Source of the DNA: Coriobacteriales bacterium
GTDB taxonomy: Bacteria > Actinomycetota > Coriobacteriia > Coriobacteriales > UBA8131
Direction: 5' to 3'
Assembly: GCA_031263105.1 (NCBI GenBank)
Contig: JAISGJ010000063.1
Location: 1 to 41,704, forward strand
DNA: 41,704 bases
In this document: one piece after another, positions 10,009 through 19,178 of the stretch
How positions within the stretch are numbered: the stretch's first letter is position 1
Layout of the letters: each line of letters begins with the position of its first letter
The notes under the pieces: model-generated
What the model was told of the DNA's origin: nothing
Databases searched by the model: none
The model's input: only the letters and a program-made list of their open reading frames with translations
Made by a program: the position numbers and the translations under genes

Positions 10009-11184
10009 CACATAGACGACGGTGCGCGGGGCGGCATCGGCGAGGGCATCGAGCGCGTCGGGGCCGAGGCCGCTGCGCGGGGGGTCCACGACGATGCCGT
10101 CCTTTTTGCCAAGCTTGGGAAGCACCCACTCGACGCTTCCTGCATGCACCTCGGCGTCCAAGCCGTGGGCGGAGAGGTTGCGTCGCAGGTCGCGGATGCT
10201 GCTTCCCGCCGTCTCGACGGCATCGAGCGTGCGGGCATGCCGTGCGAGCGGCAAGGTGAAGGTTCCGACCCCGCTGTAGAGGTCGGCGACGCGCGCCGTG
10301 TCCTCCCCCAGGCCTTCGAGCACCTCTGCGACGAGGGTGCCGGACACGGCGCTGTTCACCTGGAAGAACGAGGGCGCGCTCACGCGGTAGCGGAGGCCCC
10401 CGACGTCCTCCCTCCAGTGCCCCCTCCCTGACAGGACCTCGACGTTCTTCACCTCGCGCCTTCCCTTGTCCCCCGCAGCGAGGACCCGGACGAGGCTCGT
10501 GGCCTTCAGGGCGTCGGCGAGCACCTTTGCGACGAAGCTGCGGTTGCAGGGGCCAGGCTCCGTCCAGAGTGCGAGCTCCACGTCGCCGCTCGTGCGCGAG
10601 ACGCGCACGCCGACACGCCTCAGGGGGGCGTCGGCGTCCTTCAGGGCGAAGCCCAGGGCCCCGGCAAGCCGGGAGGGCAGCCCCTCGTGGCCCGCAGGGA
10701 GGAGCAGGCAGCGCTGTATCGGGACGACCTCGCCGGCGCCCTTCGCGTGGAGTCCCAGGGCCAGCTTCCCCTTCACGCGGCAGGGCTCCAGCTCCACCTT
10801 GTTGCGGTAGCCCCATACGACGGGCGAGGCGACCGTGTTCGCCACCAGCCCCTCGGCGTCGTCGATGCGCCCGATGCGCTCCAGGGCCTCGACGACGAAG
10901 GCCCGCTTGTGGCGCAGCTGGGCCGCATAGGACAGGTGCTGCAGCCCGCAGCCCCCGCACTGTGCGTGGTACGGGCAGCGCGCATCGACGCGCTCGGGGG
11001 AGGCCTCGACGACCTCCTCTATCCGGGCACGGGCGACCTTCCTGCGCTCGTCGGTCGTCCGCACACGGACGAGGTCGCCGACGGCCGTCGCCTCGACGAG
11101 GACGACCTTGCCGTCCTTGCGGCGGGCGATGCCCTCGCCGCCATAGGCAAGCGCCGTTATCCTCACGTTCTCATGCCCGTCCAT
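9841..11184 (-). CDS. rlmD: 23S rRNA (uracil-C5)-methyltransferase RlmD/TrmA family
   Basis: TRAM N-terminus, CPYHAQCGGC Fe-S motif, SFFQVN, DLYSGVG, VDPPRSG, YVSCDPATLARD, DLFPQTWHVE. Confidence 0.92.
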   Translation of the reverse strand: MDGHENVRITALAYGGEGIARRKDGKVVLVEATAVGDLVRVRTTDERRKVARARIEEVVEASPERVDARCPYHAQCGGCGLQHLSYAAQLRHKRAFVVEALERIGRIDDAEGLVANTVASPVVWGYRNKVELEPCRVKGKLALGLHAKGAGEVVPIQRCLLLPAGHEGLPSRLAGALGFALKDADAPLRRVGVRVSRTSGDVELALWTEPGPCNRSFVAKVLADALKATSLVRVLAAGDKGRREVKNVEVLSGRGHWREDVGGLRYRVSAPSFFQVNSAVSGTLVAEVLEGLGEDTARVADLYSGVGTFTLPLARHARTLDAVETAGSSIRDLRRNLSAHGLDAEVHAGSVEWVLPKLGKKDGIVVDPPRSGLGPDALDALADAAPRTVVYVSCDPATLARDVQRLAARGYRLVKAVPLDLFPQTWHVETVARLVAPLQKAQCSVKY

Positions 11185-11316
11185 ACAGACGTTCCTGTCG
11201 TCCTTCCTTCGGAAGACGCCGTTGACCGATACTATGGGCAGGCTCAGTTAGTGCCGGGCAGCGTCTTTGTGTGCCTTTGCGTATAGTTTATCAGGAATGC
11301 TGGAACAATTTAAACG

Positions 11317-11503
11317 TTCTGTCCGCTAGGGGAGTGCCGATTCATTCATTGTGCGCCAGATGGCGAGTCAATTTGCCTCTGCTCAAGGCGGAGACGACAG
11401 ACACTACTGGACGTACTGTCTGTCGTCTCCAACGCAGAGCAGGGGCAAATTGGCCGCCAGATGGTGTGCAATGAATGAATCGGCACTCCCCAAAAGGGCA
11501 GAA
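11317..11503 (+). other. Long (~185 nt) rod-like imperfect palindrome upstream of ferredoxin: structured RNA or MITE
   Basis: Perfect 23-bp IR 11329-11351 / 11469-11491 plus nested stems CAATTTGCCTCTGCTC/GAGCAGGGGCAAATTG and GGAGACGACAGACA/TGTCTGTCGTCTCC. Confidence 0.8.
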
Positions 11504-11519
11504 GAAGGAGGATCAGGAC

Positions 11520-11696
11520 ATGGCTGTTTCCATAGACAGTGACATCTGTACCGGGTGCGGGACCTGCGTCGACAGTTGCCCTCTCGAGCTCATCGAGATG
11601 TGCGACGCCATTGCGACCCTCAACGACCCGGATTCCTGCATCGAATGCGGCTCCTGCGTCGACGCCTGCGCCTTCTCGGCCATAACCGAGCCTTAG
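11520..11696 (+). CDS. 2[4Fe-4S] ferredoxin
   Basis: CTGCGTCVDSCP and CIECGSCVDAC motifs; AAGGAGG RBS before ATG 11520. Confidence 0.92.
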   Translation: MAVSIDSDICTGCGTCVDSCPLELIEMCDAIATLNDPDSCIECGSCVDACAFSAITEP

Positions 11697-11730
11697 GCGC
11701 CTCCTCCTGTTACCACCTCAGTTGTTACTG

Positions 11731-11884
11731 AGGTCACACCCCACTGTCATTCCGAGCCCCGCCGAGGAATCCTTGGACACGCAGTGTCCAACGGCAGGTC
11801 GCAGGGCCCTTCGACCTGCGGTCGACCGCTGGCGCGGTCGAGGATTCCTCGGCAGGCTCGGAATGACAGCGGGGGGTGTGACCT
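11731..11884. repeat. REP/MITE-like palindromic element, GTCATTCC family, copy 2, with three internal hairpins
   Basis: Arms AGGTCACACCCCACTGTCATTCCGAGCC..GAGGAATCC / GGATTCCTC..GGCTCGGAATGACAGCGGGGGGTGTGACCT. Confidence 0.8.
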
Positions 11885-11986
11885 GTAACCCGCCTCCTCC
11901 ATAGCGGCAAGCCTGCGCGGCTCGAAGAGGCATTCTGCGGCGAACTGGTGTAGAATGCTTCTGTGCCGTTTCAGGCATATGCGCGC

Positions 11987-12062
11987 GCCCTCTTAGCTCA
12001 GGGGATAGAGCGTCTGCCTCCGGAGCAGAAGGCCGTAGGTTCGAATCCTACAGAGGGCGCCA
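11987..12062 (+). tRNA. tRNA-Arg(CCG)
   Basis: Acceptor stem GCCCTCT/AGAGGGC, D arm TAGCTCAGGGGATAGAGC, anticodon arm TCTGC-CTCCGGA-GCAGA, GGTTCGAATCC, encoded CCA; TAGAAT at 11951 upstream. Confidence 0.96.
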
Positions 12063-12093
12063 GACCGACAGCCGGTATCGATCAGGAGGACAT

Positions 12094-12624
12094 ATGGGAG
12101 TCTATACGCCACAGTACCAGCCGAATGGCGACGAGGTCGCCGTCATCGAGACCGGCAAGGGCACCATACGCGTCAAGCTTGCCGGCAAGGATGCGCCCAT
12201 CCATGTCGCGAACTTCGTCGAGTTGGCGCGCAAGGGCTTCTACGACGGGCTGAAGTTCCATCGCCACGAACCGAACTTCGTCATCCAGGGAGGCTGCCCC
12301 AACACCCGCGAGCTGACCTGCGAGCAGGTGCGGGCGGGCGGCACCTATCCGCCTCCGGGCACCGGCGGCCCCGGCTACCAGATCAAGGGCGAGTGGACGG
12401 TCAACCCCCACAACACGCACAAGGACGGCACCCTCGCGATGGCCCGCTCGCAACAGCCCGACTCCGCCGGGTCGCAGTTCTACTTCTGCCTCGGCACGCA
12501 GTCCTTTCTTGACGGGAACTACACAGTATTCGGGGATCCTGTCGACGATGCGTCCGTCGCTGTGATACATTCGCTGGAGAAGGGCGACGAGATACGCTCC
12601 ATTGCCATAGAGAACGGTGACTGA
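12094..12624 (+). CDS. Cyclophilin-type peptidyl-prolyl cis-trans isomerase
   Basis: FYDGLKFHR..NFVIQGG, GTGGPGY, LAMARS..PDSAGSQFY, LDGNYTVFG. Confidence 0.93.
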   Translation: MGVYTPQYQPNGDEVAVIETGKGTIRVKLAGKDAPIHVANFVELARKGFYDGLKFHRHEPNFVIQGGCPNTRELTCEQVRAGGTYPPPGTGGPGYQIKGEWTVNPHNTHKDGTLAMARSQQPDSAGSQFYFCLGTQSFLDGNYTVFGDPVDDASVAVIHSLEKGDEIRSIAIENGD

Positions 12625-12651
12625 GGGACCAGAGGAATCAGAGGACGCAGG

Positions 12652-14004
12652 TTGAAGAGCACACACTACGATCAGGCGACCGTTTCCTACAATGCGGGAG
12701 ACTATCCCCAGGCGCTCAAGGGCTACTATCGGTGCCTGAAAGAGGACTGGGACGGCTTCGGGGCGGGCGATGCCGGCCTCCTCTACCATCGTATCGGCAA
12801 CTGCCTCATCAAGATGCGCAACCTCAAGGAGGCCGTCGTCAGCTACCAGAAGGCGCTCCAGGACGACGGGTACCCTGAGAAGACGAGCATCCAGGTGAAC
12901 CTCGGCACCACGTTCAACGGCATCGGGGCGCACGAGGACGCCATCACCTGCTTCAACAAGGCGCTGGCCGACGCGACCTACGCGACGCCCTACCGCGCCC
13001 ACATGGGGCTGGGGAACGCCTACACGAAGCTGGGCCAGCACGTCGAGGCCGGCATGGCCTTCCGGGACGCCGCGCTCGACGGGGGCAACCCGAACCCCGT
13101 CAAGGCCCTGACGGGCCTTGCCTCCACCTTCATGGTGCTGGGGCGTCCCGACGACGCGGTCGAGGCATACCGCGCGGTCCTCGACTTCCCCGTCGCCGAC
13201 GACACGAGGCGCACCCTGCTGGAGTGCCTCGCGCGGGCCTATGTCGCCGCCGGGCGCCATCAGGAAGGGCTCGACGCGTTCGAGGGCGCGCTTGCCATGG
13301 GCGGCGCGGCGCTCACGCGCGAGGGCCTGGAGGACTACCTGAAGGCGCGAACGGCGGTCGGCCCCGCCTCCGAGGAGGCCTCCGCCCCGCCCGCCCCGGC
13401 CGAGGCCGCCGACCCCTTTGCGGGCCTCGACCTTTCCGTGCAGTCCCCGTCCGGCCCGTCCGTCCCGGTCTCCATCGGCTCCGAGGGCGCATACGGCCAG
13501 GGCGTGGGCACCATCCCGCATCCGGGGGACACGGGCTTCTTCACGCTGAGCGACGCCGACCTCATCGCGACAGGCAAGCGCCAGATGCGCAAGGAGCGCA
13601 AGTTGCGCCATACGGGGCTGTGGGCCTTCCTCGTGATCCTGGTGCTGCTCGTCGCCGTGCTGGGGGCCGGCGTCGCCGCGTACACCCAAGGCGTCGGCAT
13701 ACCGTCGCAGGAGAAGGTCATCACGGACTTCTTCGCCGCCCATGCGGGCACGGAGCCGGTCGAGGGCTACTGGATCGACACCGCCGCCGAGGACCGCTCG
13801 ACGTTCACGCGTCTGCTCGACGGGGTCGCGCGCACCTCAGACGTGCGCATCCTGAGCATCGACTCCAAGGCGATGGCGTCCCAGGCGCTGGTCGACGCGA
13901 AGCTGGCCGAAGGGGGGATGCTCCATTACCGCATCGACCTCGTGCGGGACGTCCTGGGGTGGAAGATAAGCGGGATAGAGATGGTGTTCGCATCGACCCT
14001 GTGA
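12652..14004 (+). CDS. Tetratricopeptide-repeat membrane protein
   Basis: Several TPR-like helical pairs (YHRIGNCL, NLGTTF, MGLGNAY), one TM segment and a C-terminal domain; TTG start. Confidence 0.8.
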   Translation: MKSTHYDQATVSYNAGDYPQALKGYYRCLKEDWDGFGAGDAGLLYHRIGNCLIKMRNLKEAVVSYQKALQDDGYPEKTSIQVNLGTTFNGIGAHEDAITCFNKALADATYATPYRAHMGLGNAYTKLGQHVEAGMAFRDAALDGGNPNPVKALTGLASTFMVLGRPDDAVEAYRAVLDFPVADDTRRTLLECLARAYVAAGRHQEGLDAFEGALAMGGAALTREGLEDYLKARTAVGPASEEASAPPAPAEAADPFAGLDLSVQSPSGPSVPVSIGSEGAYGQGVGTIPHPGDTGFFTLSDADLIATGKRQMRKERKLRHTGLWAFLVILVLLVAVLGAGVAAYTQGVGIPSQEKVITDFFAAHAGTEPVEGYWIDTAAEDRSTFTRLLDGVARTSDVRILSIDSKAMASQALVDAKLAEGGMLHYRIDLVRDVLGWKISGIEMVFASTL

Positions 14005-14074
14005 CCTCCCGCGCTGTCTGGGGCCGCGGGACACCACAGCCATGACATCCCAGAGACGACAAGAAAGGACTGCC

Positions 14075-14500
14075 ATGTCGCAGAGAACGTACCTCATGCT
14101 GAAGCCGGACGCGGTCGCCGGAGGGCACATCGGCGAGATCGTCGCACGCATCGAGCGTGTCGGCTTGACGATAGAGCGCCTCGAGCTCGGCAGGGTCACC
14201 CCCGAGCAGGCTGCGGAGAACTACGTGGAGCATGAGGGAAAGCCCTTCTACCAGGGCCTGATCGACTATATCACCTCGGGCCCGGTGGTGAAGATGGTCG
14301 TCAGCGGGCCCTGCGCGGTCGCGGTCGCGCGCAAGCTCATGGGGGCGACCGACCCCAAGGAGGCGGCCCCCGGCACCATCAGAGGGGACTTCGGCCTCGT
14401 GATGGACGCCAACGTCATGCACGGCTCCGACTCGCCCGCCTCGGCCGAGCGGGAGATAGGGATATTCTTCCCGGCCCGGGCCGGGACCATGGGGGACTGA
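14075..14500 (+). CDS. ndk: Nucleoside diphosphate kinase
   Basis: LKPDAV, SGPVV, PGTIRGDFG, NVMHGSDS; AAAGGA RBS. Confidence 0.95.
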   Translation: MSQRTYLMLKPDAVAGGHIGEIVARIERVGLTIERLELGRVTPEQAAENYVEHEGKPFYQGLIDYITSGPVVKMVVSGPCAVAVARKLMGATDPKEAAPGTIRGDFGLVMDANVMHGSDSPASAEREIGIFFPARAGTMGD

Positions 14501-14506
14501 GCGCCG

Positions 14507-15547
14507 ATGTCGTTCTTCGATAACCTCTTCAGCCAATGGAGCTACGACATGGCCATCGACCTGGGCACGGCCAATACCCTGGTCGCGATAGCAGGCAGGG
14601 GCATCGTCTTGAACGAGCCCTCGGTCGTCGCCATAGACAACGAGGCGAACCGCGTCCTGTCGGTCGGCACGGAGGCCCGTGCGATGATCGGGCGCAACCC
14701 GGGCAACATCTCGGTCGAGCTCCCCTTGTCGGACGGCGTGATAGCCGACTACGACGTCACCGAGGCCATGCTCTCGTACTTCATCCGCAAGGCCAATCCC
14801 AAGACGCGCCTGTGGCAGCCCAAGCCCCGCATCGTCATCTGCATACCCTGCGGGGTCACCTCGGTCGAGAAGCGCGCGGTGTTCGAGGCGACCATCCAGG
14901 CGGGCGCGCGCCAGGCCTTCCTGATAGAGGAGCCCATGGCGGCCGCCATAGGGGCGGGGCTTCCCGTCGAGGAGCCGACGGGCTCGATGGTCGTCGACAT
15001 CGGCGGCGGCACCACGGAGATAGCGGTCATCTCGCTCGGGGGCATCGTGACCTTTCGCTCCCTGCGCATAGCCGGCAACGAGTTCGACGAGGCCGTGGCC
15101 CGTCATGTCCGCGAGGTCTACGGGCTCAACATCGGGGCACGGACCGCAGAGGACATCAAGGTGGCCATCGGCTCCGCCATGCCCATCTCGACCGGCGAGC
15201 TCGATATGGAGATATCCGGGCGCGACCTCACGAGCAACCTCCCGCGCACCGAGACCATCCAGTCCGAGGACGTGCGCGAGGGCATCAAGGCCCCCCTGCA
15301 GGACATCCTCATCGCCATCAAGGAGACCTTCCTTGAGACCGACCCCGACCTCGCCGCCGACATCATCCGCAACGGCGTCCTGCTCACAGGCGGCGGCGGC
15401 CAGCTCAAGATGCTCGACTCCTTCCTGACCCGCGAGCTCGAGGTGCCGGTCATGATGTCGGACACCGCCATGACGAACGTCGTCGTCGGCTGTGCGCGGG
15501 CCCTCGAGAACCCTGCCGCCCTCCAACGTTCCTACACGCAGCGATAG
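14507..15547 (+). CDS. mreB: Rod shape-determining protein MreB
   Basis: IDLGTANT, EPSVVA, GVIADY, IEEPMAAAIGAG, DIGGGTTE, LTGGG. Confidence 0.96.
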   Translation: MSFFDNLFSQWSYDMAIDLGTANTLVAIAGRGIVLNEPSVVAIDNEANRVLSVGTEARAMIGRNPGNISVELPLSDGVIADYDVTEAMLSYFIRKANPKTRLWQPKPRIVICIPCGVTSVEKRAVFEATIQAGARQAFLIEEPMAAAIGAGLPVEEPTGSMVVDIGGGTTEIAVISLGGIVTFRSLRIAGNEFDEAVARHVREVYGLNIGARTAEDIKVAIGSAMPISTGELDMEISGRDLTSNLPRTETIQSEDVREGIKAPLQDILIAIKETFLETDPDLAADIIRNGVLLTGGGGQLKMLDSFLTRELEVPVMMSDTAMTNVVVGCARALENPAALQRSYTQR

Positions 15548-15553
15548 CCCCTG

Positions 15554-16561
15554 ATGGCGTTCGTCCCGAACAGGCCCCGCAGACTCTCCGGGGGAGTGCT
15601 CCTGATACTTCTCTGCGTGCTCTCGGTGGCGCTCATGACCCTTTGGGCGCGGGAGGGCGCGACCGGGCCGCTCCATCGGGTGAAGGCCGGGATAGAGACC
15701 GTCACCATGCCGCTGAGGAGCGCCGGCGGGGTCGTCACGGCCCCGCTTGCCGGGCTGGCGGGCTTCTTCGAGGACGTCGCGACCGACTCCATGACCGTGG
15801 ACGCCCTGCGCACGCAGAACGAGGAGCTTCAGTCCCAGGTGATACGCATGGAGGAGTACCGGCAGGAGAACGAGCGCCTCTCCGAGCTGCTCGAGCTCAA
15901 GGACGCCTACAACCTCGCCTCCGTCGGTGCCCGCGTCATCAGCACGAGCAGCGACTCGTGGAACCGGGTGCTCACCATCAACAAGGGCTCCACGGCGGGG
16001 CTTTCCGTCGGCATGCCGGTCCTGAGCGTCAACGGCCTCGTCGGGCAGATCGAGAGCGTCGCCCCCTCGAGCTCGGTGGTGCGCCTCATCACGGACGCGA
16101 GCAGCGGCGTCTCCGCCTTCCTGCAGGCGGGGCGCGACGAAGGCGTGCTGTCCGGCTCGGTGGACGGCATCCTGCACCTCGACTTCGTCCCGCTCGGCAT
16201 CGAGGTCGTGCCCGGCGACGCCGTCATAACCTCGGGCGCCGGCGGCGTCTACCCCAAGGGCATTCCCATCGGCGAGGTCGCGACCGTGAGCAGCGTCCCC
16301 TCAGACGTCTATCAGACCATCACCGTCAAGCCCATCACGCGCGTCGCGGCCTATGAGGAGGTGCTCGTCCTCATCGGCAGCGAGGCGGAGATAGAGGCGT
16401 CCGCCCAGGGCCAGGGCGCGGCGCAGGGAGCGGGCCAGGATGCGGAACAGGGCGCTGCCCAGGGCGAGGGCGCGGCGCAGGGCGAGGGCCAGGGCGAGGG
16501 CGCGGCGCAGGGCCAGGATGTGGGCCAGGGCCAGGCGTCCGGGGGGGAGGCGGGGCGATGA
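15554..16561 (+). CDS. mreC: Rod shape-determining protein MreC with low-complexity C-terminal tail
   Basis: N-terminal TM, coiled coil ENERLSELL, INKGS, GLVGQI, TSGAGGVYPKGIPIG; operon position. Confidence 0.93.
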   Translation: MAFVPNRPRRLSGGVLLILLCVLSVALMTLWAREGATGPLHRVKAGIETVTMPLRSAGGVVTAPLAGLAGFFEDVATDSMTVDALRTQNEELQSQVIRMEEYRQENERLSELLELKDAYNLASVGARVISTSSDSWNRVLTINKGSTAGLSVGMPVLSVNGLVGQIESVAPSSSVVRLITDASSGVSAFLQAGRDEGVLSGSVDGILHLDFVPLGIEVVPGDAVITSGAGGVYPKGIPIGEVATVSSVPSDVYQTITVKPITRVAAYEEVLVLIGSEAEIEASAQGQGAAQGAGQDAEQGAAQGEGAAQGEGQGEGAAQGQDVGQGQASGGEAGR

Positions 16562-17094
16562 ACACCGATGCGCCCTCTGCGCCCCCCCTGTTCACGGCCG
16601 TAGGCGCCCTCGTCGCCTTCCTCCTTCAGCTGATGCTTGCGCCCAACATCGCGATCCTCGACGCCGTGCCGAACTTCATCCTGGGCTTCGTCATCCTTAA
16701 CGCGATGCGCTGCAACACCGTCCGCTCGACCCTGCTCGGCTTCCTGCTCGGCCTGCTGTACGACCTCATGGCCCAAGGCCCGCTCGGCATCCTGTCCTTC
16801 GTCGGTGCGCTTGTGGGCTACAGCACAAGCTCGCTCGGCCGCGACCTCGTCTCGCAGGCCTGGCCCGTCCGGGCCTTCGCCCTCCTGCTCGCGGCCTTCG
16901 TCGGCGAGCTGCTCCATGCCGCCCTTCTCGCCCTCCTCGGCTACGACCCCGACTTCCTGCTGTCCCTTGGCATGCGCGTGGTGCCGGGTGCCCTGTACCT
17001 GGGCGTGTTCGGCCTCGTCACGTTCCTGCTCATGCATCTCGTCGAGGAGCGCAGCAGGAAGAACCCAGGGGCGCTCAAGGGCAAGTTCGACTGA
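16558..17094 (+). CDS. mreD: Rod shape-determining protein MreD
   Basis: Polytopic membrane protein with GFLLGLLYD motif, located after mreC. Confidence 0.88.
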   Translation: MNTDAPSAPPLFTAVGALVAFLLQLMLAPNIAILDAVPNFILGFVILNAMRCNTVRSTLLGFLLGLLYDLMAQGPLGILSFVGALVGYSTSSLGRDLVSQAWPVRAFALLLAAFVGELLHAALLALLGYDPDFLLSLGMRVVPGALYLGVFGLVTFLLMHLVEERSRKNPGALKGKFD

Positions 17095-17095
17095 C

Positions 17096-19171
17096 ATGGA
17101 TCCCGTCGCCCTTACAGCCGTCATCGCTGCGGCGGCGTTCGTCGTCGTGTTCTCCGCGCTGCTCGCCGTGCGCGCCCTCCGCCGCCGTGCGCGCAAGGGG
17201 CTGTTTGTGCGGGAAGGGTTCGGACGCCATGCCGTGCCGGCCGGCGTCGGCGGAGGCGACGTGCGCAAGCCCGACGTCGCCGCCAGGAAGGAGCGCAAGG
17301 AGCGGCATGGCCGCCTGTATGCGCTCGGCATCGTCGTGGCAGGGATATTCGGCACTCTCGCCATGAGGCTCTGGTCCCTGCAGATGATCTCCGGCTCGTC
17401 CTATCAGAGGCAGGCCGAGCAGAACATGACCTCCGAGGCGTCCATTCCCGCCCCCCGTGGGCGCATCCTCGACAGGAACGGCGAGGTGCTCGTCGGGAAC
17501 CGGCCCTTCCTGTGCGTGATGGCGCCCAAGAGCGCTCTGGACGACCCGGTGCTCGTGGGCCTTCTCTCGCTGGTGCTCGGCATACCGAAGGGCGTGGTGA
17601 GGGGCAAGCTGCGCAACGACAGCCTGGGCGTGCAGGCGAACCGGGTCCTTGCCACCGACGTGTCGATGGAGATGGTCGCCTTCATACGGGAGCACCAGCG
17701 GATATTCCCGGGGGTGGAGGTCGTCGAGCGCACGGTCAGGACCTACCCCCACGGCAGGCTCGCCGCCCATTCCCTGGGCTACATCGGGCCGGTCTCCGAG
17801 GCCGACCTCCGTCTTCCCAACCCCTCCATCGCCTATGAGGGGGACGACTACGTCGGCAAGAGCGGTGCGGAGTTCGCCTTCGAGGGCGTCCTGCAGGGCA
17901 CGCGCGGCACGCGCACCTACCGCGTCGACGTCGAGGGCAACCCCGTCGCCCTGCTCAGCGAGTCGCCGCCGCAGGGCGGCTCGGACGTCTGCCTCACCAT
18001 CGACCTCGAGCTCCAGAAGGCGACCGACCGCATCATCGGGGAGGTGCTCGTCTCCTCCCATCAGAAAGGCTTCGTCCACGCGAACGCCGGGGCGCTCGTC
18101 TGCCTCGACATAGAGGACGGGGGCGTCCTCGCCTCGTCGAGCTACCCCAGCTACGACCCCGGCGAACTGGCCACCGGCATCTCCGACGAGCTCTGGGAGG
18201 AGCTGACCCGCGAGGGTTCCGGCTATCCGTTGAACGACCGGGTCATCGCAGGGCTGTACCCCGCCGCGTCCACCTTCAAGGCGTTCATGGCCCTTGCAGG
18301 GCTTGCGCACGGCGTCATCGGGGGAGGCACGCAGGCGACCTGCACCGGCCTGTGGGAGGGCTACGGCGAGAAGTGGCCGCAGAAGTGCTGGATATGGCCC
18401 AGCGGCCATGGCACCCTCGGCCTCGAAGAGGCGATCAACCAGTCCTGCGACGTGTTCTTCTACGAGGTCGGGGCGGCGTTCTACGAGCGCTGGGAGGAGG
18501 CCTCCGACGAGGAGCGGACCGACGAGCTCCAGGACTTCCTCAAGACCTGGGGCTTCGGGTCCGTGACCGGTGTGGACATTCCCGGCGAGGCGGAGGGGCG
18601 GGTGCCGGACGCCGACTGGAAGCGCGCGGCCTTCTCGGCGACGCCGGAGGGCGCACAGTGGCAGCCCGGGGACATGAGCAACATGAGCATCGGCCAGGGC
18701 GACCTCCTCATCACCCCCCTGCAGCTGGCGAACGGCTATGCGGGCATCGCACGCAGGAAGATGCTCAGGCCGCATCTCTTCCACCGGGTCCTCAACGACG
18801 AGGGGGAGCTCGTCGTCGCGGGCGCCCCCGAGGAGAGCGAGGTGCAGCCCGTCATCGACGATGCGGCGATCGCCCGTGTCGAGGACGGCCTGCGCCGCGT
18901 CATCGCCCGGACGGGAGGGGCCTTCGACCTGCTGCCCGTCCAGGTGGCGGGAAAGACGGGAACGGCGGAGGTCGCGGCCGCGCAGGCCGACTTCTCCTGG
19001 TTCGTGGGCTTTGCCCCTGCCGAGGCGCCCAAATACTGCGTCGCCTGTCTCGTCGAGCAGGCCGGGGACGGCTCGTCGGCGGCGGTGCTGGGCGTCCAGC
19101 ACACGCTCGCTGCGATCTACGGGGTCGATGCGGGGGAGATAGTCGTGACCGAGGGAAGCCGGGAGCGCTGA
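17096..19171 (+). CDS. mrdA: Penicillin-binding protein 2 (class B transpeptidase)
   Basis: APRGRILDRNG, GKSGAE, STFK, SCD, KTGT motifs; start inferred at ATG 17096. Confidence 0.93.
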   Translation: MDPVALTAVIAAAAFVVVFSALLAVRALRRRARKGLFVREGFGRHAVPAGVGGGDVRKPDVAARKERKERHGRLYALGIVVAGIFGTLAMRLWSLQMISGSSYQRQAEQNMTSEASIPAPRGRILDRNGEVLVGNRPFLCVMAPKSALDDPVLVGLLSLVLGIPKGVVRGKLRNDSLGVQANRVLATDVSMEMVAFIREHQRIFPGVEVVERTVRTYPHGRLAAHSLGYIGPVSEADLRLPNPSIAYEGDDYVGKSGAEFAFEGVLQGTRGTRTYRVDVEGNPVALLSESPPQGGSDVCLTIDLELQKATDRIIGEVLVSSHQKGFVHANAGALVCLDIEDGGVLASSSYPSYDPGELATGISDELWEELTREGSGYPLNDRVIAGLYPAASTFKAFMALAGLAHGVIGGGTQATCTGLWEGYGEKWPQKCWIWPSGHGTLGLEEAINQSCDVFFYEVGAAFYERWEEASDEERTDELQDFLKTWGFGSVTGVDIPGEAEGRVPDADWKRAAFSATPEGAQWQPGDMSNMSIGQGDLLITPLQLANGYAGIARRKMLRPHLFHRVLNDEGELVVAGAPEESEVQPVIDDAAIARVEDGLRRVIARTGGAFDLLPVQVAGKTGTAEVAAAQADFSWFVGFAPAEAPKYCVACLVEQAGDGSSAAVLGVQHTLAAIYGVDAGEIVVTEGSRER

Positions 19172-19178
19172 GGACGAC

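Noticed and set aside
11317-11503. 6S RNA or SRP RNA
   Set aside because: No large central bubble and no SRP GGAA-loop motif; kept as an unassigned structure
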